Source: Amoebophrya sp. A120 (lineage: Eukaryota > Protista > Dinoflagellata). From it: 64,000 nucleotides of DNA. Position numbers and translations under genes: made by a program. The notes beneath the pieces were generated by a model. That model did no database searches. It was not told the origin of the DNA and saw nothing but the letters and a program-made list of their open reading frames with translations. Positions 46,101 to 58,100 of the stretch are shown here, in pieces. The stretch covers positions 752,629 to 816,628 of the forward strand of contig CAJINV010000004.1 in the NCBI GenBank assembly GCA_905178155.1. Reading direction: 5' to 3'. Positions within the stretch are counted from its first letter, which is position 1. Every line of letters starts with the position of its first letter.

Positions 46101-49100
46101 ACCGCTCCGCCATGACCACCTCGCTCACTCTGTAAAACCGGCCGCACAGCGGTTCCTGCTGGTTTTGCAACACGTTCATCTGCAAACGTTCGTATTTCGG
46201 CGCGATCCCCCGCCGGGGATGGTCCGGAAGGAAAATCCACGGGAAGTGGGCGAAGAAGGTATCGGAAGGAAAAATCCCCCTCCCCACTCTGAAAAGGTAT
46301 ACTGCCTTTGGAAATTTGTGAATCTGATTTGTGGTCACAAAGCGTTTCTGTTTTGCAAGAAGGCCAACCTAGAAGGCCCCCCGCATTATGCAGGCGGTTT
46401 GTGACGCCGTTGGGCCTACAGCATGGACTTTTGTCATGCTGAGCGCATAGGCCAAAACCTCTCCACTCCGGCTTGATATGAACCTGCAGTCCTCTACTGC
46501 AAGAGCAAGACAAGGCTGATTTGTGTACGCAAATCCAGCATCAGAAATTTCGTTTTGATATGGAGAGGGGAGAATTTTCTCTTTGATAAAAGGTCGTGAC
46601 ACTGAAAGTCTGGTGTTCCGCGTCTTGCTGGAGCCGGGACGAGGATGAAGTAGGAGCTTCGGTTGCTACTTTATTTGCGCCAGCTGCAGCGCTGCTTTCC
46701 TCCGATTCCTTGATCATCGCGTCCCAGAGCTTCAGGTACAAGGCCGTCATATCGTAAATGGAAAGCTTGACTAGGAATTGCTGCTGCTCCTCTTTGGAGA
46801 AGCGCACGTTTTGTCTCGGGACGAAATAAACCGAATCAGCAGGAGCAGGAGCAGGAGCAGGATCTTCCGCCACACTAGGAGGCGCTGGACGAGGACCCGC
46901 GGAGGCTGTACCTGTAGTAGTCGCAAGATGAATGCCAGTTCTTGCAGTTGACCTCCTCCCTCCGTCGTTATGATTATGAAAGAACCTGCACTGATTGATT
47001 TCCAGTTCCTGTTTGCGCTCGAGAAACTCCTTGCCGCTGCAATTTCCCAGCCGGTCCACGTGGTTGGAGAGATTCGACTATGCTTTGCAAAAGTATCCTC
47101 GCACTCGTATATTAAATGCATTACAAATTTCCTCGGCATGAGAAATAAAATTTGTAATGCGGATTTACCCTGAGGGCAGGACTTGTTGAAATGCATGACT
47201 GCAATACGAGTACGATACTTTTGCACGGGATATCGACAGATTCGCGACCATTTTCAGCAAGATTCTGCTAGGAACCAAGCCGTCAGAGGTCTGGATGGCG
47301 AGCGCTTCTTGAGTTGTGTATTTGGCCTGAAAATGATGATCTGGAGCAGCTGTTGTACTACTTCTAGTATCAAACAGCGCTTTCCTTGTTTTCTCGTCCA
47401 AAAGCCACTTTTCGGCGATCAGCGGGTGGCAAAGATACGGCAATTCAAAGTCGCGATTGTGCTCGAACTGGGTCTCTTCGTTCTCGCGTCTTTCTGTCGT
47501 CTGCGAACTGTATCCGTCACGCGGCTCGAAAAAGACGAGCTTGGTTTTCTTGTTGATCGTACTGGTAGTGGTCGCGTTTGTTCTCGTGGTCGTTGAACCT
47601 GATTTTTTTCCCGCGGTTGGGGTTTGACCTGCTCGAACAACTGTGCTCCCAGTTGTAGTTCCTGGCGCGGAGGTGTAGTTCTTGTCATGAGATGAGCTTA
47701 CAGTGGTCCTCACAACAGCATCATTCTCGGGTTGTTCCTCCAGCAGCCTGACCTTTTTTTCCGCAATGTCCCAGGCGTAGCGGAAGACTTCGTCTCCGTA
47801 GTAATAGCCCACTTTTGTGTTGAACCTTTCCACAGAAAGAGTCGGTGAGATCCACAGGTCGGCAGCAGCGACCAGATCACCCGTGCAGGTAAGGAGCCAC
47901 TCCGAAGTTTGGATTTGGGTAAAGAAGTCCGGTTGTTGATGGTGAGACATCATCACGTGGCTCTGATTCAACACTTTTGCGCGGCCTGCTGCACGACCAG
48001 CTGCGAATTCCATTGCTTTGCGGACTTTTGATCCGTAGAACTCAGCATAGGGGAGAATGAAGTCGTTCAATAAATGCGATGCTGCGGCGGTTTATCCACA
48101 GAAAAAAACCCATCACTATCCATTGTTTGTATGAGAGACACGGGATATGATACGTGTTTTGCATGACAAATAATTGGATGTGGATGGGTTTTTTTCTGTG
48201 GATACGGTTTTCCGGATCCCGGGCAAGCTGGCGTGGATGCTGTTCAGCAGTTCCTGAAAGTCGTAACTGTGGAGTATGGCGCTCTCAACTGTTACATTCT
48301 CAACTGTATACATGAATTTGTGATGCAAAAATGGCAAAACTGAAAGCGAAAGGGGGAAGCTTGTGCCTTTTGCATGACAGATTAGGCACAGACTCTCGTC
48401 CTGTTTGTCCGTTCGGGAATTTGTCATGCGAAGCAGCTTGGTCGTGTCGATTCTGATTTGAATTTTACATGACAGATCGTCTAACAGTTGAGAATGTAAC
48501 ATTTGAGAACGCCATATGGAAGTTCTGCGCGCTGGTCAGCGCCACCGTCACGCTCGGCCACGTTTGCAACTTCTCGATGAAGAAATCCGACCAGGATGGG
48601 TCCGGTGAAGATGAAGCTCCGGTGGCCATTAAAACTGACCACGGGCTGCTGCTGGAGTTGGTGTTGGTGCTCGGGATTTCTGCTTGTGCAGTTGTTCTCT
48701 TTTGGTGTGATGAATCAAGCGACGCGCTGATGCGTTGGTCGTATGGGTTTTGACCCGACGAGCCTGCTCTGTCTCGCTGCGTCTTGTTCTTAGCCTGCTT
48801 GAGGTTGTTCCCAGTCATGGCAGTCGCAGTAGTGTTCTCGCCGCTCGTCTTCCATGTGATGCCATTGTTCACGCTCTTGTTTTTCCCTGCTCCTGCGGGT
48901 GCAGAAGACGAGCTCGAATCTACTGTATTCCCATGGCCAGTCCCAGTATTTTGATTCGCCACCACTTCATACCTTTCGTAGCACTGCGTCGCCACGGACA
49001 CCCACTGCGCGTAGAAGTTCGGAAACAGGTTCGAAGGCAGCGGTAACACGTATTGTGAGGAAAAATCTCCCCTCCCCATACCAAAAAGGGGCACTACTGA

Positions 49101-52100
49101 AAATCTGTGATGCTGATTTGCGTCCCTGTATTGCAAGAGGGCAAAGCCAGAGAAGCAGCCGCGTTTCGCAGGTACTTTGTAATGCTCTATCGCCTACAGA
49201 GGACGCGCCTGCCTTGCTAGGCACCTACAGCAAGACGCCCCTACTCAGGCACTGCATCTGCCTGCAGTCCTCTACTGCAACACAGTTTGGATTTGTGTAC
49301 ACAAATCCCGCATCACAGATTTCCCTTTTGATATGGGGAGGGGGGATTTTTCACTTTGATAACACGCGCACGTGGCTCTCGAGCTTTTCGACCCTCGTGT
49401 GAGCCAACATATCCAGCAGCATATCGTCCTTGATGGAGTTATTCGCTTCACGGCTTGATGGTGGAACTAATAAAGCGGACTTTTTGCTTTCAGACACGCC
49501 AGCAGCCCCTCGTCCTCCATTTGCGATGAACAGGGACTCCTGCGCATCATATTCCTGCGAAGAAGAAGAGGATGGGGAATCTTTCTTCTCGTTTCCATCC
49601 AGCATGTGCATGTCCTCCCCATCGTCCTCGTCATCGCCCTGCGCGATTCGCTGCAACAGAAGAGCATCGTCGTTGTTGTTCTGTTGTTGTTTTGTTCCAT
49701 GTCCAACACCACCTTCCTGAACATTCATCTGAGAAGCCGGACCCTTTTTTGATGCGTTGTTGCTTGAGGACATCACGTTCGTCAGCACCCAAATAGGCTT
49801 GCGCTGCAACACTTGCAAAATCTTTGCTTTCATCGCTTCTTTCAGTTGCTGCGTTTGCTGCTGTTGCGGGTTTTTAGTGCCAGGCGCGAAGGTTGTCATT
49901 TTCATCGTACTAGCACCAGCGGCCTTCTTGTTCTTCGTAGTTGTTGTTCCCAAGAACGTGCCGGCGCTTGTTGAGTTGTGGGTATTTTTCCCATCAAGAA
50001 GAGTCTCGTGATCCTCCTGCCCCACACGACCACCTCCCGCCGAGGATAGCGCAACCGGAGAAGATGCTCGGCAAAGTAGCTGCTTCAGGTAGAGCGTGCA
50101 GGCCAGCAGGTGTTCGCTGCTTGGTATTTTCGTTGCGGAGATTATCCACAGAAAAAAAAACACATCCACATGATCCGATTCGTCATGCAAAACACGTCTC
50201 AAATTCAAATCATGTGTTTGTCATGCAAAAAATGGATGTGGATGGATATTTTTCTGTGGATAGAGGTGAGCACCGGAATGACATGCGACTCGAGGAACTG
50301 GGTGGATTGCAGTCCCAGGACCCCCAGCCTCGTGAGCAAAACCGACACCTTGCTGTCCATGATTTTCCGAAAGCCTGGGTGCACGGTTTTCACGCCCTCC
50401 AGGGCCACCGGGAAATCAGCATCGTACACCTTGCGGCCCTCTTGATCTTCGGTCGCGAGGGAAACCAGGTCGAAGTTATGGTGTGGTCGTCGTCGTAGTT
50501 CATGATCTACTTCTACTTGAGCGCTTTTCATCGTTTTCGAATAGTGGTGGTCTTCTACTTCTTCATCATCACCGCTTCGGCTCTGCTGCACCTGCACCGG
50601 AATGATTTTCAGTGCGCGCAGTTTCGGCAAGTAGGTCTGCAATTTGTCTTCGCTCGCGATGATCAAAAGAAGGTAATGGAGCTGTTCGAACAAGAAAGTC
50701 TGTTTACTCTTTCTCGCAGCAGAAGCAGCAGCAGCAGCTGTAGCGCCAAATCCAAAATCATCTTCTTTGCCGTCTTCATGCAACGAATCCGCGGCTAGGT
50801 GCATGCTTTGACGGCTTTCCTCGGTTTTATTTTCCTGCACCGTGCGCACTACTGCCTGTTGTTGCTGCTGTTCCGCCAATTTTGCCAGGCACCGTAACGC
50901 GAGCGCCCCGTCGATCAGCGGCAGGTCCAAAGAAAGCGCCAGCCCCTGCGGCAGTAAGTTGTCGGTGGACTCCAAGTAGTACCCCATGTCGGCGAAGAGC
51001 TGCTCAAAGTAAAACTCGATTTTCTCAACAGTTAAGGTACCGTTTAGGTTGGTGGTTTTCAGCTGCGGAGTATGCAACACAAATGTGAGGAATTTCCAGC
51101 ATACGGTGCAGAGAACACGCACAAAAATATTAAACAGTGAAAATTTATTCTGTTGGCGATGAACCAAATCGAAGCAAGCCGAAAGTCCTGCTAGTGAGTA
51201 CCACGATGCACGACTTCATCATGTCCGTCGTGCCAACGAGATAGTAAGTATTTACCATGCAATTTGAATTTGTACACCGCGCACGCTGAAATGAAATCCT
51301 TCATCTCTACTGGATACGGTTTTACAACGAAGCGCGGCTCTGCGAATTTCAGGATTTGGTGGCTCTGCTGTTTCGCGATCATTGTCGAGGCGTCAGCGGT
51401 TCTTCTGTCTGCGGGAAGATCAAGATCGTGTTGCTTTTCAAATGCATAATTCCCGGCGCCATTCGCATGTTTGTGTTTCTCTCGAGCGGCTGTAGAAGAT
51501 TTTTTCTCGTCATGATGCCCGTGGCCATCCCCTCCAACCGTCGTTCTTACCGTTACGCTCACAGGCACGAACGCAGTTTTCCTCAGTTCCTCCAGGATGC
51601 CGTGTGGCGTTCGCGCGAAGACTATCAAATCCAAAACTGTCTGGGTCTGGAAGAATGCAACATTTGTGATGCAGGTTTTCCATGACCCATGATGCCTGGC
51701 ATGTAGCGCCTAGCATGACAGTTGCTGTGAGGTGTCCATCATGCCTATCCTGCATGAGAAACTCCTTGCCAACCTGGTCAAGATCGGACGTCTTTTGGTA
51801 ATCACGCAACACAAATTTTTGCATGATCCAGAATCAGCATGACAAGTTGCATTCTTCCAGACCCAGACATTTTGATTTTTTACATTTGATAAAGAACTCC
51901 GCAGCTGTTCCCGGTAACGGGATGATGTGGTAGAGCTGCAGGAGCAGTGCCCGCTGCTTGTCCGTCAGGAGGTTCTTCTGCCTTGTTTTCGGATGTTTCT
52001 GATCGCCGCGACTTCGACTGTCAGGAGGATGTAGAAAAGAGCCGGTAGGTTGTGCTGCTGTTGCCCTAGCTGTTGTAGGCTCTTTCTTCGAATTCTTCTT

Positions 52101-55100
52101 CAATCCCTCGACGTACTTGACATACCTCCCCACCGCTTTCGCGAACGCGGCCGGAATCTGGTCCCGGGCATATTGGTTGAACGGATCGGTCGCGAGGACC
52201 GCTTCGCGACTCGTCGCGACCACCCAGTCGCACTGAATGATAAATTTGAAACCGTAGGACCGGGTCGGCAGCCAGGCGAAAACCTGTTGCTGCTCGGTGA
52301 CGAGCTGTTTCAAGATCTCCTCGTTGGTCAACTGGGAGCTGTCGTCGTCTCGTTCATCTTCGTGGTCTTTTTGTTCGAGTGAAGACGTGGCATCTACTTC
52401 TGCAGGCGCTTTTTCAACATCTTCTGCTAGAACGCCCTGATCTACCTTGTCCGCCGCCGGCGCACCACCACCAAACAAACTCCCCAAGAACATGCTCGGC
52501 AACGGCAGCGCAATTTTCAGATCGGCCTCCGCGCCGTCGCGATTCGCGCTCGGGGCAAGCCTCTCCGTGAAGACAAACCACCGCTCGTAGGTCGAAGTTG
52601 CGATAGTGTTTTCTTGATGCGCTGGGGCTGGCTGAGGCTGAGAAGTAGAAGTACTAGATGGAGGCACTTCGCCTGTCTTGGAGCTGGAGGCCCTTCCAGT
52701 TCCACCGCCTCGCAAAATGGCTCTACGACCAGATGAGAAGTCGTCTAGCGCAGCAGCATGCTCCTCGTTAGGACCACTGCTTTCCTTGTCCGTCAGAACC
52801 ACGGTTTGGAGTTCTACCAGATTTGTGTCCGAGGACCCCGCCGACGGAGGATCTTTGTTGCGTTTTTTGGCATGAACATGATCTTCGTGAGAATCAGAAC
52901 CTCCCCGGTCGTACTCGTAGTTGTTTATCGGTAAGTCTGTTCGGTTCATCAGGACCTTGTACGTTCCACAGTGGTGCAGAATCAACCTGGACAAATTTCG
53001 GAGAAACAACAAAAGTCGCGGCTGCAAGTCTTCCCTCATGCGAATAGCCAGAGAAGAGGCACTGAAGTTTTGGTTCAAGGGTAAAACGATGCGGGTGCCG
53101 GATGGCCGCTTAGGTTGATCTTGATGTGTTGGCTTGTGCTTTGCGGATGAAATAGCGACTCCTTGCACTACTTCATCGTAGCTCGTTCCGCCGTCTTCCT
53201 CGCTACTAGTAGCACCAGGGACTGCACGACTGTGACTCTCGGCGTCAGGAGAAGATGATCCTTCTGCTTCTTCATCGTGGTCAAGCGCTTCATTATCCTT
53301 CCCCCGTCGCCAGCAGGAGTTCAGCGCCAGCGCGTTTTTCTGCACCGTGTTTACCACGGTTCGAAACTCTTTGTCGCGGAACAAGCAGCTCTTCCGCATG
53401 TTTTCCGTGTCCAATTTGCGTAGCGGAAACGGGACCAGGTAGCCCAGGCCGTTGAGCGCGTTGGCATCGAAGTGGAAGGAAAACTCGCCGGAGTGAATCA
53501 CCGGCGTGCTGGTGACCTTAAAAACTGACTTGAAGCCGACACCCTTGTGTCCGATGAACTTTTTGTTTTTCTTCGTCGACTGAGCGATGTCGCACAGCGC
53601 CCGCACGTCCTTCTCGCGGAACCCAAGCTCGCAATGCTCGCTGATCAGTAGGCCGGAAATCCTGTTGCTCGTCTGCCCTCCTTGCGCCGGAGCAACTACA
53701 GTTCTAGTTGCATTCTTTCCGTATCCGGTTTGTTCGATAGTTGCCTCGTTCTTGTTACGCAATGCTCTGCCACCCGCGCCTGCTGTGCCTCGTGCGCCTC
53801 TGCCGGCGCGCTGATGTCCTCTGTCATTTCCGTTCAGCAGGATCGGGCCAGAGCTCATACTGGTCTCGACATCGTCACAATGAAACGTCGTCCACGCATT
53901 GGCCGAATCTAGAATGTCCTCCTCACCAGCAGCGCTTCTGTCCAATTCCGGTTTTCCTCTGCTACGAGTTTTCCGCGCGCGCGCCGCCTTCGACGATGAT
54001 GCAGCAGATAAAACTGAGAAGTCCACAACCGTCAACACCAGGGCAGGCACGATGTTTTCACTGTAGCCGCAATCGTCCGCGTTTTGCAGGAGTTCGAGCA
54101 AGAAGTGGCTTTCCCCCGAGTACAAATCCGCGGCAAGGCGGACCACCGCGCCCTGCACAGTCTGCTGCAGACTGCGGATGCGCTCGTCCTCAGGCTCGCG
54201 GACCCAGTGCCGGGTCACCGGGTCTACATCGATTAGCTCGACCCCCTTCACGCGAGCGATCTCGCGACAGAGCGAGGCGTTTTTGTCGCTTTTGATCATC
54301 CTGTCGAGTGGTGTTGCTGGTTCTTCTTGTTGCCCATCATGATCCAAATTTTCCGGCTTGACTTCGGCGAGGGAGGAGTCTTCATGCCCTGCATTCTGTC
54401 TGCTCTGTGGTCCTCGACCTTGTTGTTCCCCTTTCTCGGTCTGCATTTTTGCGTCCTTTGTTCCTTGAGTCGCCGTTCCCGAAGCATCGAGCCGTAGATC
54501 GTCCTGCTCGCCAGCAATCACAGTAGACTGGTCCGCGACAACCGCCTCCGCGGGTTGTCCGAGATCTTCCGATGAGGGGGCTCCCGGAGCTGCTGCATCT
54601 TTATCTAGATCAACTTCATTGTCATTCCTTGATATAAAAGCAGCGTGGTCCACCTCAGCTCCTGCAGCTGCCCTGGGCAGCCCCGGCGCGCGAGCAGCCA
54701 ATGCAACTCGGTCAAAAAAACCGGCATACTCGTTCTCCAGTCGCAAGCCGAGTCCGCCGTCCTTCCACTCTGGCACACCAAATTTTTCCCCGAGCGCCAG
54801 CAGTGCGGCTCGGTACTGAAACGCTGTCAGACCAGCTCCCTGAAGGCGGCTCCGAGAATTTAGACCACTTGTAGTTCCGCCGCAGACCTCCACCAGATTC
54901 CGTTTCGGCCGGCGCAACACAATATACGGCTTTGCAAAAGCCTCGAGGATCGGCGTTTCGTGAAAAGGCGACACTAGATCGGGGTCGATTTGGCTCAGAA
55001 GTGCGGTGACCTCTAAAAGAATTTTCTCCGGATGATGATATAGTCCTCGTGTGGGAGCAGAAAAGTGGTCAGCGGTCTTGTTTCCAGCCGTTGGTCGACG

Positions 55101-58100
55101 TGGCGCGCCGCTCTTGTCCAAGTGGCCTTCTCTCTCTGGTGTTTCCTCCAATTCCTTTTCCATCTTCAGCACAACGTCCCCATACATTCTTCCCACCAGA
55201 GACTCAAACTGTGCCCAAGGCGCTAAGTCACCGTCTGTCACAAATCGCGTCACAAGGATCGCCACGGCTAGACGCAGGTTAAAAGTGCAACTTCTAGATG
55301 AGCCGTCCTTTGTGAATGAGAGAGCTGCACCAGCAGCACTGTGCGATTTGACATTGCCTCCCGCCGGTGCTGCACCGGACTTCTGCTCTCTAGCGTCATT
55401 CGTCTTGCCGCTCGAACAAGAGCTAAACTCCACTGCAACTGCTCGCTCGAATTCCTCCAACGTCGCTTCCTCCGTTGCGGAGAGAATCCGCACGACATGG
55501 TTTTTCTTCAGAAAAAGCAGCGGCGGGAGTTCCAGTTCGGCCGCAGAATCTCCGCCGCCACTGCCTGCAAAATTTCTAAGGCCTTTATTACTCCTTTTCA
55601 TCTTCGTTCGCACCACCTCCGCCAGACTCCCAAGCACGGGCGCGAACCGGGTCCGCCAGTCTGGAAAGACGTGGGCTTCCAAATCGACTAACAGCGGAGC
55701 GTGTTCCCAAATGCGGTCCTCGAGCTCACGCAGTAGTTCCTCGGTTGCGATTTTGCTAGACAAAGCGACAGTAGAAGCTCCTGCGTTTGGCAGCTGATCG
55801 TGTAGTCCGCCATCAAGCGTTGAAGCGTCTTTGGTGTTCTTTTCGAAACGTGCCACGCAGGTTGCAAGCGTTTTAAAAGCGGTTTCATCTTCATGATCAT
55901 CTCGTATATGTTCGTTTTTCATATTCTCTGCCTGGGCAACATCGTTCCGTAGTCGTTCTTTCGGGAGACGACGAGGAGTCTCCTGGTCGACATCATCATC
56001 TTCGAAAGCATCAGCATGATTCTCCTCTACTTGTTCAGGAAGATCGCCATCTATCTCATGATCGGCCTTCTGCGCACGGGGATCCGTTCTTGCCGATGCC
56101 GCGGCGAGTTGAACAAACTGGTGCACCGCGGTGTGCATTTCGGACAGCGTCGCGGCCCCGCTGGTTCCAAAACTGCTGTACAGAAAGTCGAAACACGAGG
56201 TCCTGTCAACTACACTTGTACCACCAGCAGCTCCTGCGGTTCTTGTTGACATCAAACCGAAAACATCGGTCAAACTTCTTTTCATCTCGGTCACCATGCG
56301 TGGTTCGGATCCGATCGGGATGCTGGTTTCATTTTCGCGCGCACTCCCGGCCAGCTGCGACAGAATCGCCTCGCCGTGCTTCGCCAAGAAATCGATGTAT
56401 TTGCCATGCGCGCCGCCGAAGTGCCGCTCGAAAGAGGAATTGTTCGCATCATGATCTTGCCCGGTGAGCGTTGTGGTGGCCAACAATTGGTCACAAACAC
56501 TCTCCTCCGCTTCGGCAAGGATCTGAAACAGTTGCGGAATCGAAAGAAACGAAGGCGCCGCGCCGGGGACTACTGCTGATCCGCCGTCAAGGTCTTCATC
56601 TCCATGAAAATTCGCATCCTGATCATGTGCAGCGATACCAGTACCACTCTCGTCTCCCGCAACAGCTGCTGGCTTTCCTCCTGCGGAAGATTTATTGCCG
56701 CCACCGGCGCTTTTCATCTTTTTTTTCCTACTCTTTTTCTCCACCAGCGCCGCAGCCGCAGCTGCTTTCAGTTCTTTCCTTTTCTCTCTTCTTTTCTGTC
56801 TCCGTTGCTGCAGAATTTTCCGCGCCACGGGATCGTCGTCGAGGTCTTTTCCATCGTCCTCTTCCTCAGAGGAGGAAAGGAGCATAGCCGCATGACCAGA
56901 CCTTCCTTGCTGTTCGCCACTGCTCTCGTCCTCACTTTCATCCGCGTCGGACAGCGTATGCAGCCGAGGAATTGCTGGGTCGTCACTGACCTCTCCTGCA
57001 ACCTTAAGAAACTTCGTGAGATCGGCCGAAGAGGAGTCACCATACGGGGGAAAAGTCGAGTCAAAGGCACTAGTACCGGCTCCCCCGCCGCCCAATTGCG
57101 CCAGCGCCGCATCGCGAATCAATTGAGTCAAATGGTCCAGTAGAGCTTCTTCGGAGATCTGGATCGCTTGGTCGGGTGGAGGCTGAAATTGATTTTTAAA
57201 TGCCTGCTCTTTATTTGTCACTAGACCACCTCTTGACGATGTCATTGCGACGCTGGCGCCCCCGTGAAGCTGCGACGGCCCCCCCGCTCCTGCTGCTGTC
57301 GCAGCAGCACCTGCCTGGGCGTAGCGCAGTGACGTCGACACTGCAGAGGACGTGCCATGCTGGTGATCGTCCGTTGATGCAAACAGTTGCAACTCCGAGG
57401 TCTGCTCGCCATGTTGTAGTCTTAAACCAGCTTCCTCTTCTTGGTGCAGGAAGGACGAGTCCAAGACCTCGCGTTTTTGGGCCATCAAGCCAACAGCAGC
57501 ACCCAAGCCCGCGGGATGTTGACCCTCCTGCTGGCCGAAAAAATCCATCCCCATCACGCTCGCAATCGTCTGCGCGCCGATTTGCTGCAGCAAGTTCGAC
57601 ACGTGCCCCCGGGCGAAGATTTCCTTTCGGGTTAGCAGCAGTTGCAGAAACGTCAACGGCATCTCCCCCGGGCGCTCCAATCCCAGCGCGTTCGCGAGCT
57701 CCTGTTCGCAGTCCGCAAGCACTTGAAACAGGTTCATCGACGTCCTGCTGGCATAGTTGCGCGTGGAGGAGGTCGCGGCTCCGGAAGCTGCAGAATAAAC
57801 ATCAGCTGCGCCGCTGGTTGCAATAGAAGTCGTAGCTGTACTCATCTGCGCGAATGAGTTTAAATGCTTGAAAATGATGCGCTTCATCAGATTCTGCTGC
57901 CTGTTAGTGGTCACGACACCAGCTCCGGTCGAGGAGCTTGTTCCGGCTCCTCCGCCCACTAGAGCGGTAGAATTTCTCGTCGCTGTCGCGCCGGCACCTA
58001 ATACAGCATAATTATTGCTACCCGGGCCTCCTTCACCTCTTCCTCCGCCTGCCCCTGCCCCAACTGCAACTCCACGCATCATTTTTTCCACGAGCAGAAT

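Noticed and set aside
47079-50262. CRISPR array, REP elements or rho-independent terminators
   Set aside because: Repeats are dispersed, of different families, TSD-flanked and in a eukaryotic intron context; there is no repeat-spacer periodicity and no cas genes.
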